Shown here: one piece after another, positions 9,521 to 20,298 of the stretch
Layout: the number at the start of each line of letters is the position of its first letter
Numbering within the stretch: the first letter of the stretch is position 1
Assembly (NCBI GenBank): GCA_964291655.2
Contig: OZ219801.1
Coordinates: 736,001-800,000 of the forward strand
DNA: 64,000 nucleotides
From: Chloroflexota bacterium
Lineage (GTDB): Bacteria; Chloroflexota; UBA11872; VXOZ01
Direction of reading: 5' to 3'
The notes under the pieces: model-generated
Databases searched by the model: none
What the model saw: only the letters and a program-made list of their open reading frames with translations
What the model was told of the DNA's origin: nothing
Translations under genes and position numbers: made by a program

Positions 9521-9761
9521 TGTAAATGTCAGGTAATTCGTTGACAGATTTGGCACAAGAAACATGGGAGCAGAACTCTGTGCTCACCTACACACATGTC
9601 ATTCCGAACGGAGCGTAGCGGAGTGAGGAATCTAGAGTGCTGAGGCCGTGAAAGTGTGTTGAGCAGGGACCCTAGATTCCTCGCTACGCTCGGAATGACA
9701 AGGCCTTGTAGCGCTTTCTACGGGAAAGCAAATTCTGTCAACGAATTACTCAACACTTACA
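9521..9761. mobile_element. TGT…ACA MITE (241 bp) carrying a REP pair, inserted in a REP of the same family
   Basis: TIR TGTAAATGTCAGGTAATTCGTTGACAGA vs reverse complement TGTAAGTGTTGAGTAATTCGTTGACAGA. 5-bp TSD ATTCT (9516-9520, 9762-9766). Removal restores TGTCATTCTGAGGAGCGCAGCGACGAAGAATCT. Confidence 0.85.
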
Positions 9762-10045
9762 ATTCTGAGGAGCGCAGCGACGAAGAATCTCGAGTGCGGG
9801 GATGCTTAGATTCCACGAACCCAGTTTGACGCTGCGTTTGGAATGACTAGAGTTGCGGCCCAGCGGGGATATCAATTCCTAATCTACTCATTCCGACCGC
9901 AGAGACCATTTCTTAGTTCTATGGATTCTGTTACACTTGCACCACTTGTGGTACAAGACGGGACTGATAGATCGGTTTTACGCCCGATAGTTAAGGCAAG
10001 ACACCAGCCTCAATCTAAGCGCACAATCTGCAAAGGAACGCTCGC

Positions 10046-11662
10046 GTGGCGCAATCGCATGACGTTGCAGATGTCCTAATCATCGGAGCCGGCGCGTCCG
10101 GCGCGGCGGCAGCGTGGTCGTTGGCGTCGGGTGGACTTGACGTGGTCTGCCTGGAGCAAGGCGACTGGGTCGATCCTGCGGACTACCCTCATAGCAGTGT
10201 CGATTGGGAATTGCACCGGCAGACTGACTTCGCCAAAGATCCCAACGCGCGGCAGCGTCCGGAGGATTACCCCCTCAACAACGATGACACCCCCATCACC
10301 CCGCTCATGTTCAATGCCGTCGGCGGCAGCACCATCCATTGGAGCGGTCACTTTCCGCGCTTCCGGCCCTCCGATTTCCGCGTAAAGACGCTGGACGGCG
10401 TTGCCGACGACTGGCCTGTGACGTATGGGGACCTCGCGCCGTATTACGAGCAGAACGATGCCAACATCGGCGTTTCGGGTCTGAATGGCGACCCCGCCAA
10501 TCCGGAGCGCACGCCCCGCCAAACGCCGCCACTCGGTCTTGATGCCGCTACCAAAGCTTATGTTCGCGGCTTGGAAAAGCTGGGCTGGCACTGGTGGCCA
10601 ACGGACAACGCCCTCATTACTGCGCCCTTTGGCGAAGGGCGGCAGGAGTGCAATTACTGCGGGCCGTGCGACATGGGGTGTCCGCGCGGCGCCATGTCCA
10701 GCGCTCACGTGACGTACTGGCCGATGGCTCTGGCGAAGGGAGTGCGCCTCATCACCCGCGCACGGGTGCGGGAGATCACCGTGGACCGGCGTGGCCGTGC
10801 CAGCGGCGCCGTGTACTACACGGCAGATGGCGGCATAGCTCAACAACGCGCGCGGGTCGTCATCGTCGCGTGCAACGGGGTGGGCACGCCGCGGCTGCTG
10901 CTCAACTCAGTGTCCAGTCTCTTCCCACACGGCCTCGCCAACTCAAGCGGTCTCGTCGGCACGCACCTCATGTTCCATCCCGTGACATTTGTGACTGGCG
11001 TCTTTGCCGAACCGATGAACGGTTACGTGGGCCCACTCGGCATGGTTATTCACTGTCAGGAATTCTATGAGACTGATACAAGCAGAGGCTATGTGCGTGG
11101 ATTTCAACTCCAGATGGGTCGCGAGAGCGGCCCTCTCTCCACTGCTCTTGGCAACTTTCCCGGTGAAAAGGTCCCGTGGGGCTCGGAACACCATCGCGTA
11201 CAACGCGAGCGCAGCGCTCACACGCTTACGATCGGCGTCATGATCGAAGACCTGCCCGAGGCGCACAATCGTGTTGAAATTGATGCCACCCTGACGGACA
11301 GCAATGGCATTCCGGCACCGAGGATTGTGTACAAAGTGAGTGAGAATAGCAGAAGGAGTCTGGATTACGCCATTGCGCGGGCGCGGGACCTTGTGGAAGC
11401 CGCGGGCGCCACACAGGTATTGAACCAACCGCTTACGCGGGAAACGGGGTGGCACTTGATGGGCACCGCGCGCATGGGCAATGATCCCGCCAATTCGGTG
11501 GTAGACCGATACGGACGCGCCCACGACGTGCCCAATCTCTTCATCGTGGACGGGAGTCTCTTTGTCACGTCCGCTGCGGTCAACCCGACCAGTACTATCC
11601 AGGCCCTAGCGCTCCACGTCTCCGACTGGTTGAAGCATAACTTCCGGGAAGTGGCATCATGA
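10046..11662 (+). CDS. GMC family oxidoreductase (flavoprotein), paralog 1
   Basis: GAGASG FAD motif, AVGGSTIHW, CNYCGPC…CP, HLMGTARMG, NPTSTIQAL. Confidence 0.93.
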   Translation: MAQSHDVADVLIIGAGASGAAAAWSLASGGLDVVCLEQGDWVDPADYPHSSVDWELHRQTDFAKDPNARQRPEDYPLNNDDTPITPLMFNAVGGSTIHWSGHFPRFRPSDFRVKTLDGVADDWPVTYGDLAPYYEQNDANIGVSGLNGDPANPERTPRQTPPLGLDAATKAYVRGLEKLGWHWWPTDNALITAPFGEGRQECNYCGPCDMGCPRGAMSSAHVTYWPMALAKGVRLITRARVREITVDRRGRASGAVYYTADGGIAQQRARVVIVACNGVGTPRLLLNSVSSLFPHGLANSSGLVGTHLMFHPVTFVTGVFAEPMNGYVGPLGMVIHCQEFYETDTSRGYVRGFQLQMGRESGPLSTALGNFPGEKVPWGSEHHRVQRERSAHTLTIGVMIEDLPEAHNRVEIDATLTDSNGIPAPRIVYKVSENSRRSLDYAIARARDLVEAAGATQVLNQPLTRETGWHLMGTARMGNDPANSVVDRYGRAHDVPNLFIVDGSLFVTSAAVNPTSTIQALALHVSDWLKHNFREVAS

Positions 11663-11910
11663 GTAGTCCGGATGAATACGGTGTCACCGGAGTTCATGCA
11701 AGATGACTCGCTGACTGTGTTGGCGCAAGTGTGTGTGGCGCGGATCGACAGAGCATCCCCTGAGTTTACCTGCCTTAGTGGGTGTTATTTAGTGGGTTTA
11801 GACACGCCGATTGGGCCCTTGTTTTGGTTTCTACCGGAAACGAGGTCATGTGAAGAAGGTGGTCTTGACCAATTCAATGCTAATCGCAGCGCCTGCTGAG
11901 GAGCGCACCC

Positions 11911-13524
11911 TTGGCACCCGTACGTGACGTGGCAGATGTCTTGATCATCGGCACCGGCGCCTCCGGGGCGGCGGCAGCCTGGTCGCTGGCGGCTGACGGT
12001 CTTGACGTGGTCTATTTGGAGCAGGGCGACTGGATCGACCCCACCGACTACCCTCATCACAGCCCGGACTGGGAATTGCATCGGCAGACCGATTTCGCCA
12101 AAGACCCTAACGTGCGGCAACGGCCGGAAGACTATCCCCTCAATAACGAAGACACGCCCATCACGCCCCTCATGTTCAATGCCGTCGGCGGCAGCACAGT
12201 CCATTGGAGCGGGCACTTTCCGCGCTTCCGACCGTCAGATTTCCGGGCAAAGTCCCTGGATGGAGTTGCCGACGACTGGCCCATGACGTATTGGGACCTG
12301 GAGCCGTACTACGAGCAAAACGATGCCAACATTGGAGTATCAGGAGTGAACGGCGATCCCAGCGGTCCTCCACGTTCGCCCCGGCAAACACCTCCACTTG
12401 GCCTCGACGCTGCCGCGAGAGCGTACATTCGCGGCCTGGATAAGCTGGGCTGGCATTGGTGGCCGACCGACAATGCCCTCATCACCGCCCCCTTTGGGGA
12501 AGGGCGGCAGGAGTGCAACTACTGTGGGCCCTGCGACATGGGGTGTCCGCGCGGCGCCATGTCAAGCGCCCACGTGACCTACTGGCCTGCCGCACTCGCG
12601 AATGGGGCGCGTCTCATCACGCGTGCCCGCGTGCGGGAGATCACCGTGGACCGGCGCGGCCGCGCCTGCGGCGCCGTCTACTATACACAAGACGGCGGCA
12701 TCGCCCAGCAGAGCGCGCGGGTCGTCATAGTCGCCTGCAACGGTATCGGCACACCCCGCCTACTGCTCAACTCAGAATCCAGTCTCTTTCCGCACGGCCT
12801 CGCCAATTCGAATGGCCTGGTTGGGACGCACCTTATGCTTCATCCAATTGCCTTTGCAAGCGGGGTCTTTCCCGATCGGGTCGACGGGCATGCGGGCCCC
12901 GTCGGTCTGCTCTTCCAATGTCAGGAATTCTACGAGACCGATCTGAGCCGAGGTTTCGTGCGCGGTCTCAAGATCCAGCTCTGCCGGGATAGCGGTCCAC
13001 TTTCCACCGCAATTGGCAACTTTTCAGGTGAAGCGGTGCCCTGGGGCGCCGCACACCATCGCATGCAGCGCGAGCGCAGCGCCCATATGCTGGCCATCTC
13101 CATAATGGTGGAAGACTTGCCTGAGCCACACAATCGGATTACGCTCGATCCCACATTGGCGGACGACAACGGCATTCCGGCGCCCAAGATCTCTTACACC
13201 GTCAGCGAAAACAGCCGCAAGGCACTTGATTTCGGCATCGCGCGGGCACAAGACCTACTGGACGCCGCAGGCGCCACAGAAATAAAGTACCAAGCACTTT
13301 CCCGCGATACAGGTTGGCATCTGATGGGCACAGCGCGTATGGGCGACAATCCTGACATGTCGGTCGTAGACCGCTACGGCCGGGCACACGACGTCCCAAA
13401 CCTCTTCATCATTGATGGCAGCCTCTTTGTCACCTCGGCCGCGGCGAACCCCACAAGCACCATTCAGGCTCTTGCCCTTTACGTCTCCGATTGGCTGAAG
13501 CATAATTTCCGTGAGGTAGCATGA
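11911..13524 (+). CDS. GMC family oxidoreductase, paralog 2
   Basis: Same motifs as paralog 1 and collinear with it. Confidence 0.93.
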   Translation: MAPVRDVADVLIIGTGASGAAAAWSLAADGLDVVYLEQGDWIDPTDYPHHSPDWELHRQTDFAKDPNVRQRPEDYPLNNEDTPITPLMFNAVGGSTVHWSGHFPRFRPSDFRAKSLDGVADDWPMTYWDLEPYYEQNDANIGVSGVNGDPSGPPRSPRQTPPLGLDAAARAYIRGLDKLGWHWWPTDNALITAPFGEGRQECNYCGPCDMGCPRGAMSSAHVTYWPAALANGARLITRARVREITVDRRGRACGAVYYTQDGGIAQQSARVVIVACNGIGTPRLLLNSESSLFPHGLANSNGLVGTHLMLHPIAFASGVFPDRVDGHAGPVGLLFQCQEFYETDLSRGFVRGLKIQLCRDSGPLSTAIGNFSGEAVPWGAAHHRMQRERSAHMLAISIMVEDLPEPHNRITLDPTLADDNGIPAPKISYTVSENSRKALDFGIARAQDLLDAAGATEIKYQALSRDTGWHLMGTARMGDNPDMSVVDRYGRAHDVPNLFIIDGSLFVTSAAANPTSTIQALALYVSDWLKHNFREVA

Positions 13525-14027
13525 TGAGCAAACAACACGTTGATGGTGAGATTCTCACTGAGGAACAGCTAGCGCTCCTGGCAGCGATTCAAAACCGGTT
13601 GATTCCCGCGCAGGATGAAATGCCGGGCGCCGGCGACGCCGGATGCGCCAGCATGCTCGATCGCTTTCTCAGCGAGCGCGCTGCACTGCGCCGTCCCATA
13701 CTTACCGCGCTGAACGCCATCGAGGCGGCAGCCGGCGAGCGACGGCAGGCATCCGCTGAAGACGATGCCGCATCCACGTATGTGGCATTCCTAGCGCTTT
13801 CCGATACTGAACGTGACGATGTGCTCCGTGCCGTTGAATTGGCGCACGAGGACCTCTTTTCTACCTTATTGAATCAGACGTACACCGCCTACTACACAAA
13901 TCCCGCCGTGCTGCTCATTCTCGGCTGGAATCCACCGCAGCCGGAAGGGTTTCCCACCCCACCGCCCTTTGACGAAGCGCTCCTGGCCAACGTGAAGCAC
14001 CGCGGCAAGATTTGGCGGGACGCGTGA
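13521..14027 (+). CDS. Gluconate 2-dehydrogenase subunit 3-like small subunit
   Basis: RLIP…MPGAGDAG, FLALS, AYYTNP. Overlaps the GMC stop. Confidence 0.8.
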   Translation: MMSKQHVDGEILTEEQLALLAAIQNRLIPAQDEMPGAGDAGCASMLDRFLSERAALRRPILTALNAIEAAAGERRQASAEDDAASTYVAFLALSDTERDDVLRAVELAHEDLFSTLLNQTYTAYYTNPAVLLILGWNPPQPEGFPTPPPFDEALLANVKHRGKIWRDA

Positions 14028-14156
14028 CGGCACATCTGGTTGGGAAGACCGCGGACCATGCCGTCAACACGGCTGCACTTGGGCAGTATTCGGCGACCAA
14101 ACGTAGTCCACTCGTGCTGGCGCCGCGACCCTCGAATGGGATAAGCCTCAATAGAT

Positions 14157-14220
14157 TCGGCCACAGGCCTTAGGAGTATCGGCTACAGGCTTTAGGAGAG
14201 TCGGCCACAGGCTTCAGGTC
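14157..14220. repeat. 22-bp tandem repeat x3
   Basis: tcggccacaggccttaggagta / tcggctacaggctttaggagag / tcggccacaggcttcagg. Confidence 0.75.
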
Positions 14221-14239
14221 TACCCCCTCTCCTGGGGGG

Positions 14240-14527
14240 TGTACAGACCGGGGACATAGGTAACAGTTGTTCGGGGACATGGGTAACACATTTTACTGAT
14301 TGACACCTACGAGAGCATTGGGTTGGTCCGGGTTTGATAAGAGACTGGCGACACAGTGCACTCACTTTCCGCCTGTCAGCTTGTGCCAGAGAAACAAACA
14401 GTGTGCATAAGGATATTGAGTGGATCTAACTTTCAAGGCAAGGACATCGCATACTACGAAAACCCCCTCGTTCTATGGTGTTACCTATGAGCCCGAACAA
14501 CTGTTACCCATGTCCCCGGTCTATACA
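14240..14527. mobile_element. IS481-like MITE, copy B (288 bp)
   Basis: TGTACAGACCGGGGACATAGGTAACA…TGTTACCCATGTCCCCGGTCTATACA. 5-bp TSD GGGGG. Inserted in a CCCTCTCC/AGAGGG hairpin. Homologous to 6993-7279. Confidence 0.87.
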
Positions 14528-14694
14528 GGGGGAGAGGGTCGGGGTGAGGGGTTCCCGGCCTTTCCAGTTTCCATGCCTGGCACAGGATACGTAAGTCCTC
14601 CCATATGGCTGTTCATGTGGAGAGAGCCCCAAGAAGTGGTTGGCTTCTGCCCGCTCTGCATGGCACCCGCCAACTGTCTTCGCCGCCACCAACT

Positions 14695-16401
14695 CTAAGG
14701 GCCTTCCCAATGCCGGTAGAAGGCGGAGCGACGCTCACCGACAAGCTGCTCCAGTTCCTCTCCGTGAATCTCGAACTTTTGAAAGACGTGCTGGATCACT
14801 TCAACGCCAGCCTCGAACTCCGGCTGCACTACGTCTGAAGCTCCGGCTTCGCGCAGTCTCTGGATTGCCTCCCGGCTGCTCGCCCGGGCAATAATGTCGA
14901 GCCCCGGGTTCAGAATGCGCGCGTGGCGCACGGCAACTTCCGCCGCCACGTCATCGTGAACGAGCACTGCCAAGAGTGACGCGTCTTCAAGCTTGGCGTG
15001 CGCAAGGACCGCAGGACTGCCCACGTCGCCGTACACCACCGGCACGCCCTTGTCGCGGAGTTCGCTTACCGTCAGCGGATTGTATTCCACAATTACGTAG
15101 TGGATGTTCTGCAAGTCGAGCGCCTCGGCGAGCTCTCGCCCGACCCGTCCGAAACCGAATATTACCGCATGGCCGCGGAACAGGTCCTCCCAATAGGGCG
15201 CGATATCCGGTTCCGCAAACCTCCCGCCAATGACCGGCAAAGCCCGCAGCAAACGAAGAAGCGGCGGTTCGAGCAGCAAGAGAAACGGCGTCAAGAATAT
15301 GCTAATGAGCGCCGTGCTGATGACAAGGTTGAAGATGCCGCTGGGCAACGCTCCCGCTCCAACACTGATCTGTGCCAACACAAAGGAAAACTCGCCAACC
15401 TGTCCCAAGCTCAGCGCGGCGCAAACGGCAGCATGCGCCGGTACGCGCAGCAGAAGGAGCAGAATCATCAATATAACCACTTTACCCAGAACGGCACCGG
15501 CAACCGTAAGACCGACCGCTCCCAAATTGCCGATGAGCCACACAGGGTCAAACAGCATCCCAATCGATACAAAGAAGAGCGATGCGAATAGATCCCGCAG
15601 CGGTACAATCTCAGCCACTACTTGGGTGCGAAATTCTGATTCCGCGACGACAAGCCCGGCCAAGAAAGCGCCGAATGCCAGCGAAAGACCGACGAACTGC
15701 GCCAAAAATGCCGTGCCAAGCGCGATCGCCACAACGGAGAGGATGAGGAGCTCACGCGACTCGCCGTGGGCAATGTGGGTGAGCAGCCAATGTGCCACGC
15801 GCGCGCCGATGAAGTACGCCCCAATGCAGACTGCGGCCGCCTTGCCGGCAAGTAAGAGCAAGTCAAAGACCAAGTCCTCACCACCCGCTGCAAAAGCCGG
15901 GAGAATTACGACCATTGGTACAACCGCAATGTCTTGAAGAATGAGAATGCCAAGCGCAATGCGGCCGTGAAGCGACTGCAATTCCCCGCGGGTCATGAGA
16001 ACCTTGATGACTACCACGGTGCTGGAGAGGGCGACAAGGGCGCCCAGCAGAATACCTTGCGCAAGAGTGAGACCAAGAAAGCTTCCGACAAAGGGTCCAA
16101 TGGCCATCGTCAGAGCAATCTGCCCAATGCCCCCAAGCACAACAATGCGTCCCAGGTGGCGCAGCTCACGCAGCGAGAACTCCGCTCCGACAGCAAAGAG
16201 GAGGAACATCACGCCAATCTCTGCCAGCACCTGGACATCGTGCTGATCGGCATGCAGCACAGGGTTAAACGGCCCAATGGCGATCCCCGCAACCAAGTAC
16301 CCCAAGATTACGGGCAACCCCATACGCTGCGCGACGAGACCCAGCAAGAAGGCCGCGAGCACGGCGACGGAAAGACTCAATACTAATGAAACGTCAGGCA
16401 C
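14695..16401 (-). CDS. CPA2 cation:proton antiporter with TrkA-N domain (YbaL/KefB-like)
   Basis: LAEIGVMFLLFAVG, LSST, ILILQDI, LRDLF, GFGRVG, VVYGD. Confidence 0.92.
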   Translation of the reverse strand: MPDVSLVLSLSVAVLAAFLLGLVAQRMGLPVILGYLVAGIAIGPFNPVLHADQHDVQVLAEIGVMFLLFAVGAEFSLRELRHLGRIVVLGGIGQIALTMAIGPFVGSFLGLTLAQGILLGALVALSSTVVVIKVLMTRGELQSLHGRIALGILILQDIAVVPMVVILPAFAAGGEDLVFDLLLLAGKAAAVCIGAYFIGARVAHWLLTHIAHGESRELLILSVVAIALGTAFLAQFVGLSLAFGAFLAGLVVAESEFRTQVVAEIVPLRDLFASLFFVSIGMLFDPVWLIGNLGAVGLTVAGAVLGKVVILMILLLLLRVPAHAAVCAALSLGQVGEFSFVLAQISVGAGALPSGIFNLVISTALISIFLTPFLLLLEPPLLRLLRALPVIGGRFAEPDIAPYWEDLFRGHAVIFGFGRVGRELAEALDLQNIHYVIVEYNPLTVSELRDKGVPVVYGDVGSPAVLAHAKLEDASLLAVLVHDDVAAEVAVRHARILNPGLDIIARASSREAIQRLREAGASDVVQPEFEAGVEVIQHVFQKFEIHGEELEQLVGERRSAFYRHWEGP

Positions 16402-16716
16402 GGCAGTGCTCCTGCACTACTCAAAGACTGTGCTCGCTCTCAGCGCAATTCAGAGCCGTCGCTTAGGGAGAATTGCGGCAGAGCACACGATGCGGTTCCT
16501 CGTCATCATGGTACCAGACGGTCCCTCCCACCAATGGTTCGCGGCGCGTCACTCGCAGATACTCTTCGGTCTCCACCGATTGCCGCATTGGGGGATGGTC
16601 AGTGCTTAATTGTTGATCGGTAATCCAGCATTGCCAACCCAGTGAGAAGCTGCTATACTCTCTTGCGGAAGTTGAAGTCTGGGGCTAGGCATTCTCAGCA
16701 AAGATTGGAGTGAGCG

Positions 16717-16941
16717 ATGGGCTTCCTGGATGCATTGTTTGGCAAGAAGAAGTCTGGTGGCGGGGTCCGCACAACAATCAAAGTCGGCCCGGGGGAAACC
16801 CTTCAAGACATCGCACAACGCGAGTACGGCGATGCCGCCAAGTGGGACGTGATTTTCCAAAAGAATAAGTGGCGCTTCGATGGCGAAGACCCAAAGACTA
16901 TCTATCCCGGCATGGACCTAGACATTCCCGAGGTTGACTAG
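16717..16941 (+). CDS. Small LysM-domain protein
   Basis: VGPGETLQDIAQREYGDAAKWDVIFQKN…IYPGMDLDIP. RBS GGAG upstream. Confidence 0.85.
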   Translation: MGFLDALFGKKKSGGGVRTTIKVGPGETLQDIAQREYGDAAKWDVIFQKNKWRFDGEDPKTIYPGMDLDIPEVD

Positions 16942-16980
16942 GATCAGCCGCTCACAAATCGTATAAACTTAGCTTTAGGA

Positions 16981-17016
16981 AGGGCATTGGCGCAACGCCA
17001 ATGCCCTTCCTTTTTT
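16981..17016. terminator. Probable intrinsic terminator between convergent genes
   Basis: agggcattggcg-caa-cgccaatgccct hairpin followed by a T-run. Confidence 0.7.
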
Positions 17017-17863
17017 ACGCGCTCGCCGCCGTCAGCATCTCCCGCAACGCCTTGGCAGATTCTATTGCCGCTGCTTCCGGCGGCCCGCCTGCCACTTGAT
17101 AGTGCATCTCCAACGTGTAGACGCCGTCGTAGCCGTCCTTTGCCAGCGCGCGGAACTGGCCTTCGTAGTCGGTCTCGCCCTTGCCCACCCGGCACGCCTC
17201 TATCTCGCCATTTACCCAACGAGCATCCTTCACGTGCATGTGTGCCAGATGGGGCTGTATTGCCGCGTAATGCTTGGGATACGGGTCTTCCTCCGCCCAA
17301 AGGCAGTTTCCAGGATCCCAGATTGCCTTCAAATGAGGCGAACCGACTGCCTCGATTAGCCGCTGCGACTCTTCGCCCACACCCGCGTAGCACGTCGGCT
17401 CATTCTCCATGCACAGGTCGAACCCATGCTTGGCGGCCATGTCGAGCGCCGGTCCAAACCGCTCCACAACCTTGGGGAATACTTCCTCCGGGTCCTCGTC
17501 TCGCCAGAAAGAGAAGCAGCGTACCACACGCGTACCGAAACGCTCCGCCAGCGCAAAGCAGTGCGGCAAGAGCGCCAAATGCTCTTCATACGTCATTTCC
17601 TGCGCGCCGAAGGTATCGCCTTCAATCTTGCGCTCCCGGCCCTCCAACGGGCACTTGAATATCGGTGTACCGAGTGCGCTGACCTGGATGCCATTCTGCT
17701 TCAGGAGGCGTTGCACGTCATCCAGTCCATCCGGTGAAAGGTCCATCAGGTTCGTGCCGTTGATCGTGCGCAGTTCCGCATACATGATGCCGTGCTCGCG
17801 CATCACGCCCAGCCCAGTGGCAAAGTCCGGATGCACCTCGTCAGTGAATATCCCAATTTTCAT
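17015..17863 (-). CDS. Sugar phosphate isomerase/epimerase (xylose-isomerase-like TIM barrel)
   Basis: FTDE, MENE, WDPGN, HMHVKD, TLEMH. Confidence 0.88.
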   Translation of the reverse strand: MKIGIFTDEVHPDFATGLGVMREHGIMYAELRTINGTNLMDLSPDGLDDVQRLLKQNGIQVSALGTPIFKCPLEGRERKIEGDTFGAQEMTYEEHLALLPHCFALAERFGTRVVRCFSFWRDEDPEEVFPKVVERFGPALDMAAKHGFDLCMENEPTCYAGVGEESQRLIEAVGSPHLKAIWDPGNCLWAEEDPYPKHYAAIQPHLAHMHVKDARWVNGEIEACRVGKGETDYEGQFRALAKDGYDGVYTLEMHYQVAGGPPEAAAIESAKALREMLTAASA

Positions 17864-18020
17864 CGTCGTACCCTTCTCTAATCTGTCGAATTATCCCTGC
17901 GTATTATACAAGAAGCTATTGTCCCACGGCGCGGACGGTCCAGGAGGATGCCCTTGCACATATGTGCCGCACTCATTGCTACAGGGAATCTTGCCCGCGA
18001 GCTCGGTCGGACTTCCGCCG

Positions 18021-19319
18021 CTACGCGCCTTCCGCATCAGGTGTCACTACCGTCTTGGCGTGCTCCTGGAGAGGCCGGGCGAACCGACGAAGCGCAGCTA
18101 TTGCGAGGATGATTGAAGCAAGCGCAACCACCCCGGCCACGCCAAATAAGGCCTCGAAGGACACGAGATCAGCGAGAAGTCCTCCCACCGGAGTGAGGAA
18201 CAACAGGATGCCGACCAGGGTATTCGTGAAACCCAAGTAGATGATGCGATCTTCTACAGGGGAAACCTCTATAGCCAAAACGGAGAATGTGACTTCCTGC
18301 CCACCTGTTGTAGTGCCGAGGAAGACAAAGAGGACAAGAAAGAGCCAACCTATCAGAGTAGTCGTGACATGAGCATCGGAAAGCAATTGTGCGACAATTG
18401 CCAGTACCGGCGGCAAAACACTCACCAATGTCGTCGCAACCAGGAGCAGCCAACCGCCGCCGCGCGCACCCAACCAGCCCCACATGACATTGCCGCCAAT
18501 CACGCCGCCGATGAGGGCCACTGCAGAAGACGCCACCACCGCCGCAGGCAGTTGCAGTACCCTTACGCCATACACCACATAGAAAGGCATCGCGACAGAG
18601 GCAAGCATGGCCAAAGTGCGGATGATGAGATACATGCGAAACGGTGGGTCGCGCATGACAATCTCCTTGATGCGGCGTAAGTCCTGACGCATAGTACGTT
18701 TCGGCAGCATGGGCGGGACCTCCGGCTCCTTGACGGCACTGAACGACAAGAACCCGGCACTTGTGAACACCCACGTCAGCAAGAAGAGTAGCCAAACGTA
18801 TTCGAGACTTCCTTCCGAACGTTCGAGTACCTGGCGCACGACGAGACCGGCGGCCAGAGAGCCAAGGCCGCCAAAGAAATTTCGCAGCGAAAAGAACGTC
18901 GAGAGCTGTCGCCGCTGCACAATACGCCCGACCAGATCGAAAAACGCCAGGCCGGTAAGGCCACCGGAAAGCGACGCGACGGCCATCAGGCCGATGAGAG
19001 CCGGCAGCACGATCTCCGGGCGTTCCGGCGCTACGAGCACTGTAGCCGCAAGCAGCGCCCAACAAGTGCTGCGCACGAGCGAGCTGCGCCGATAGTATTT
19101 GAGCCTCTGCCGCCGGTGTTGCAAGAAGTTGATCAGCAGCATCTGGGGCAACGCCCATCCCCCAAGCTGGATAGCAGGCAAAATGCCGATGAGCACGTTC
19201 GACTCCGTTAGCTGACTCACGTACCACGGCAGCACAACGGTCGCACTCGTAAAGGCCATTCCGGTGGTATAGAACACACCGTTCATCACGCCAAGGATGA
19301 AGTTTCTGCGGCTGGACAA
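18021..19319 (-). CDS. MFS transporter
   Basis: About 12 hydrophobic segments with an MFS-like topology. Confidence 0.85.
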   Translation of the reverse strand: MSSRRNFILGVMNGVFYTTGMAFTSATVVLPWYVSQLTESNVLIGILPAIQLGGWALPQMLLINFLQHRRQRLKYYRRSSLVRSTCWALLAATVLVAPERPEIVLPALIGLMAVASLSGGLTGLAFFDLVGRIVQRRQLSTFFSLRNFFGGLGSLAAGLVVRQVLERSEGSLEYVWLLFLLTWVFTSAGFLSFSAVKEPEVPPMLPKRTMRQDLRRIKEIVMRDPPFRMYLIIRTLAMLASVAMPFYVVYGVRVLQLPAAVVASSAVALIGGVIGGNVMWGWLGARGGGWLLLVATTLVSVLPPVLAIVAQLLSDAHVTTTLIGWLFLVLFVFLGTTTGGQEVTFSVLAIEVSPVEDRIIYLGFTNTLVGILLFLTPVGGLLADLVSFEALFGVAGVVALASIILAIAALRRFARPLQEHAKTVVTPDAEGA

Positions 19320-19398
19320 GGGGTGGCTTACTTTCGAGCGCTAGGAAGGATTGGCAACACCGAACATGATTCTTGTTATGTAGACTGTGATCCGGCGG

Positions 19399-20298
19399 TC
19401 ATGCATCGCGCACGATTGCATCTGTCATGCGGCACACGCGCACCATGGGACCAACGTCATGGACGCGTACCAGATCTGCGCCCTGTGCTATTGCCAGCGC
19501 CACCGTAGCGGCGGTGCCTTCCAGCCGCTCTTCGACGGGGAGATCAAGCGTCAGCCCAATAAAGGACTTTCGTGAAGTGCCAACCAACACCGGCTGCCCC
19601 AGACGCTGGAATGCGCTAAGGTCGCGCATGAGTTCGATATTCTGTTGCGGTGTCTTGCCGAAGCCGATCCCAGGATCGATGATGATGTTCTCGGCCGCGA
19701 TACCGTAGGAAGTGGCACGGGCAACCGCTTCCCCAAGTTCTCTCGCTACGTCTTGCGCGACGTCTCCATATGAGACCTTCTCGTAGAACCCTCCGAGGGC
19801 TGATCGCTGCGACTCCGATCGTCGATTATGCATGAGCACTACCGGCACGTTCAATGCCGCAACGGTTGCCCCCATCGCAGGATCACCGCCAAGTCCCCAA
19901 ACATCGTTGACCATTGACGCTCCCGCGCGCACGGCTTCCCGGGCTACGGCGGCCTTGTATGTGTCAATCGAGAGGGGTGTCTCTAGCTCCCGCCGTATCG
20001 CCTCGATCGCTGGCAGAACGCGGTCGAGTTCTTCCTGGAGCGATACGGTGCCTGCACCCGGCCTTGTCGATTCGCCGCCAATATCGAGGATGTCCGCACC
20101 TTCCGCAACGAATTGAACCGCCTGGGAAACGGCGCGCCGCACGTCGCCACTAATTCCATCACCGGAGAAGGAATCCGGTGTCACATTTAGTATGCCGACC
20201 ACATAGGTTTGGGAGCCCCACTGCAGCATGCGATTACCGCAGCGTGTTTCTCGAGGCTTGGAAACATGAGCCGGCGGTGAAGAACTCATGCTTCTCAC
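19399..20298 (-). CDS. folP: Dihydropteroate synthase
   Basis: GILNVTPDSFSGDG, DIGGESTRPGA, DPGIGFGK, SRKSF, RVHDV. Confidence 0.97.
   Translation of the reverse strand: MRSMSSSPPAHVSKPRETRCGNRMLQWGSQTYVVGILNVTPDSFSGDGISGDVRRAVSQAVQFVAEGADILDIGGESTRPGAGTVSLQEELDRVLPAIEAIRRELETPLSIDTYKAAVAREAVRAGASMVNDVWGLGGDPAMGATVAALNVPVVLMHNRRSESQRSALGGFYEKVSYGDVAQDVARELGEAVARATSYGIAAENIIIDPGIGFGKTPQQNIELMRDLSAFQRLGQPVLVGTSRKSFIGLTLDLPVEERLEGTAATVALAIAQGADLVRVHDVGPMVRVCRMTDAIVRDA

Noticed and set aside
11672-11899. 75-aa ORF between the GMC paralogs
   Set aside because: No motif or clear RBS; cannot be supported as a gene.
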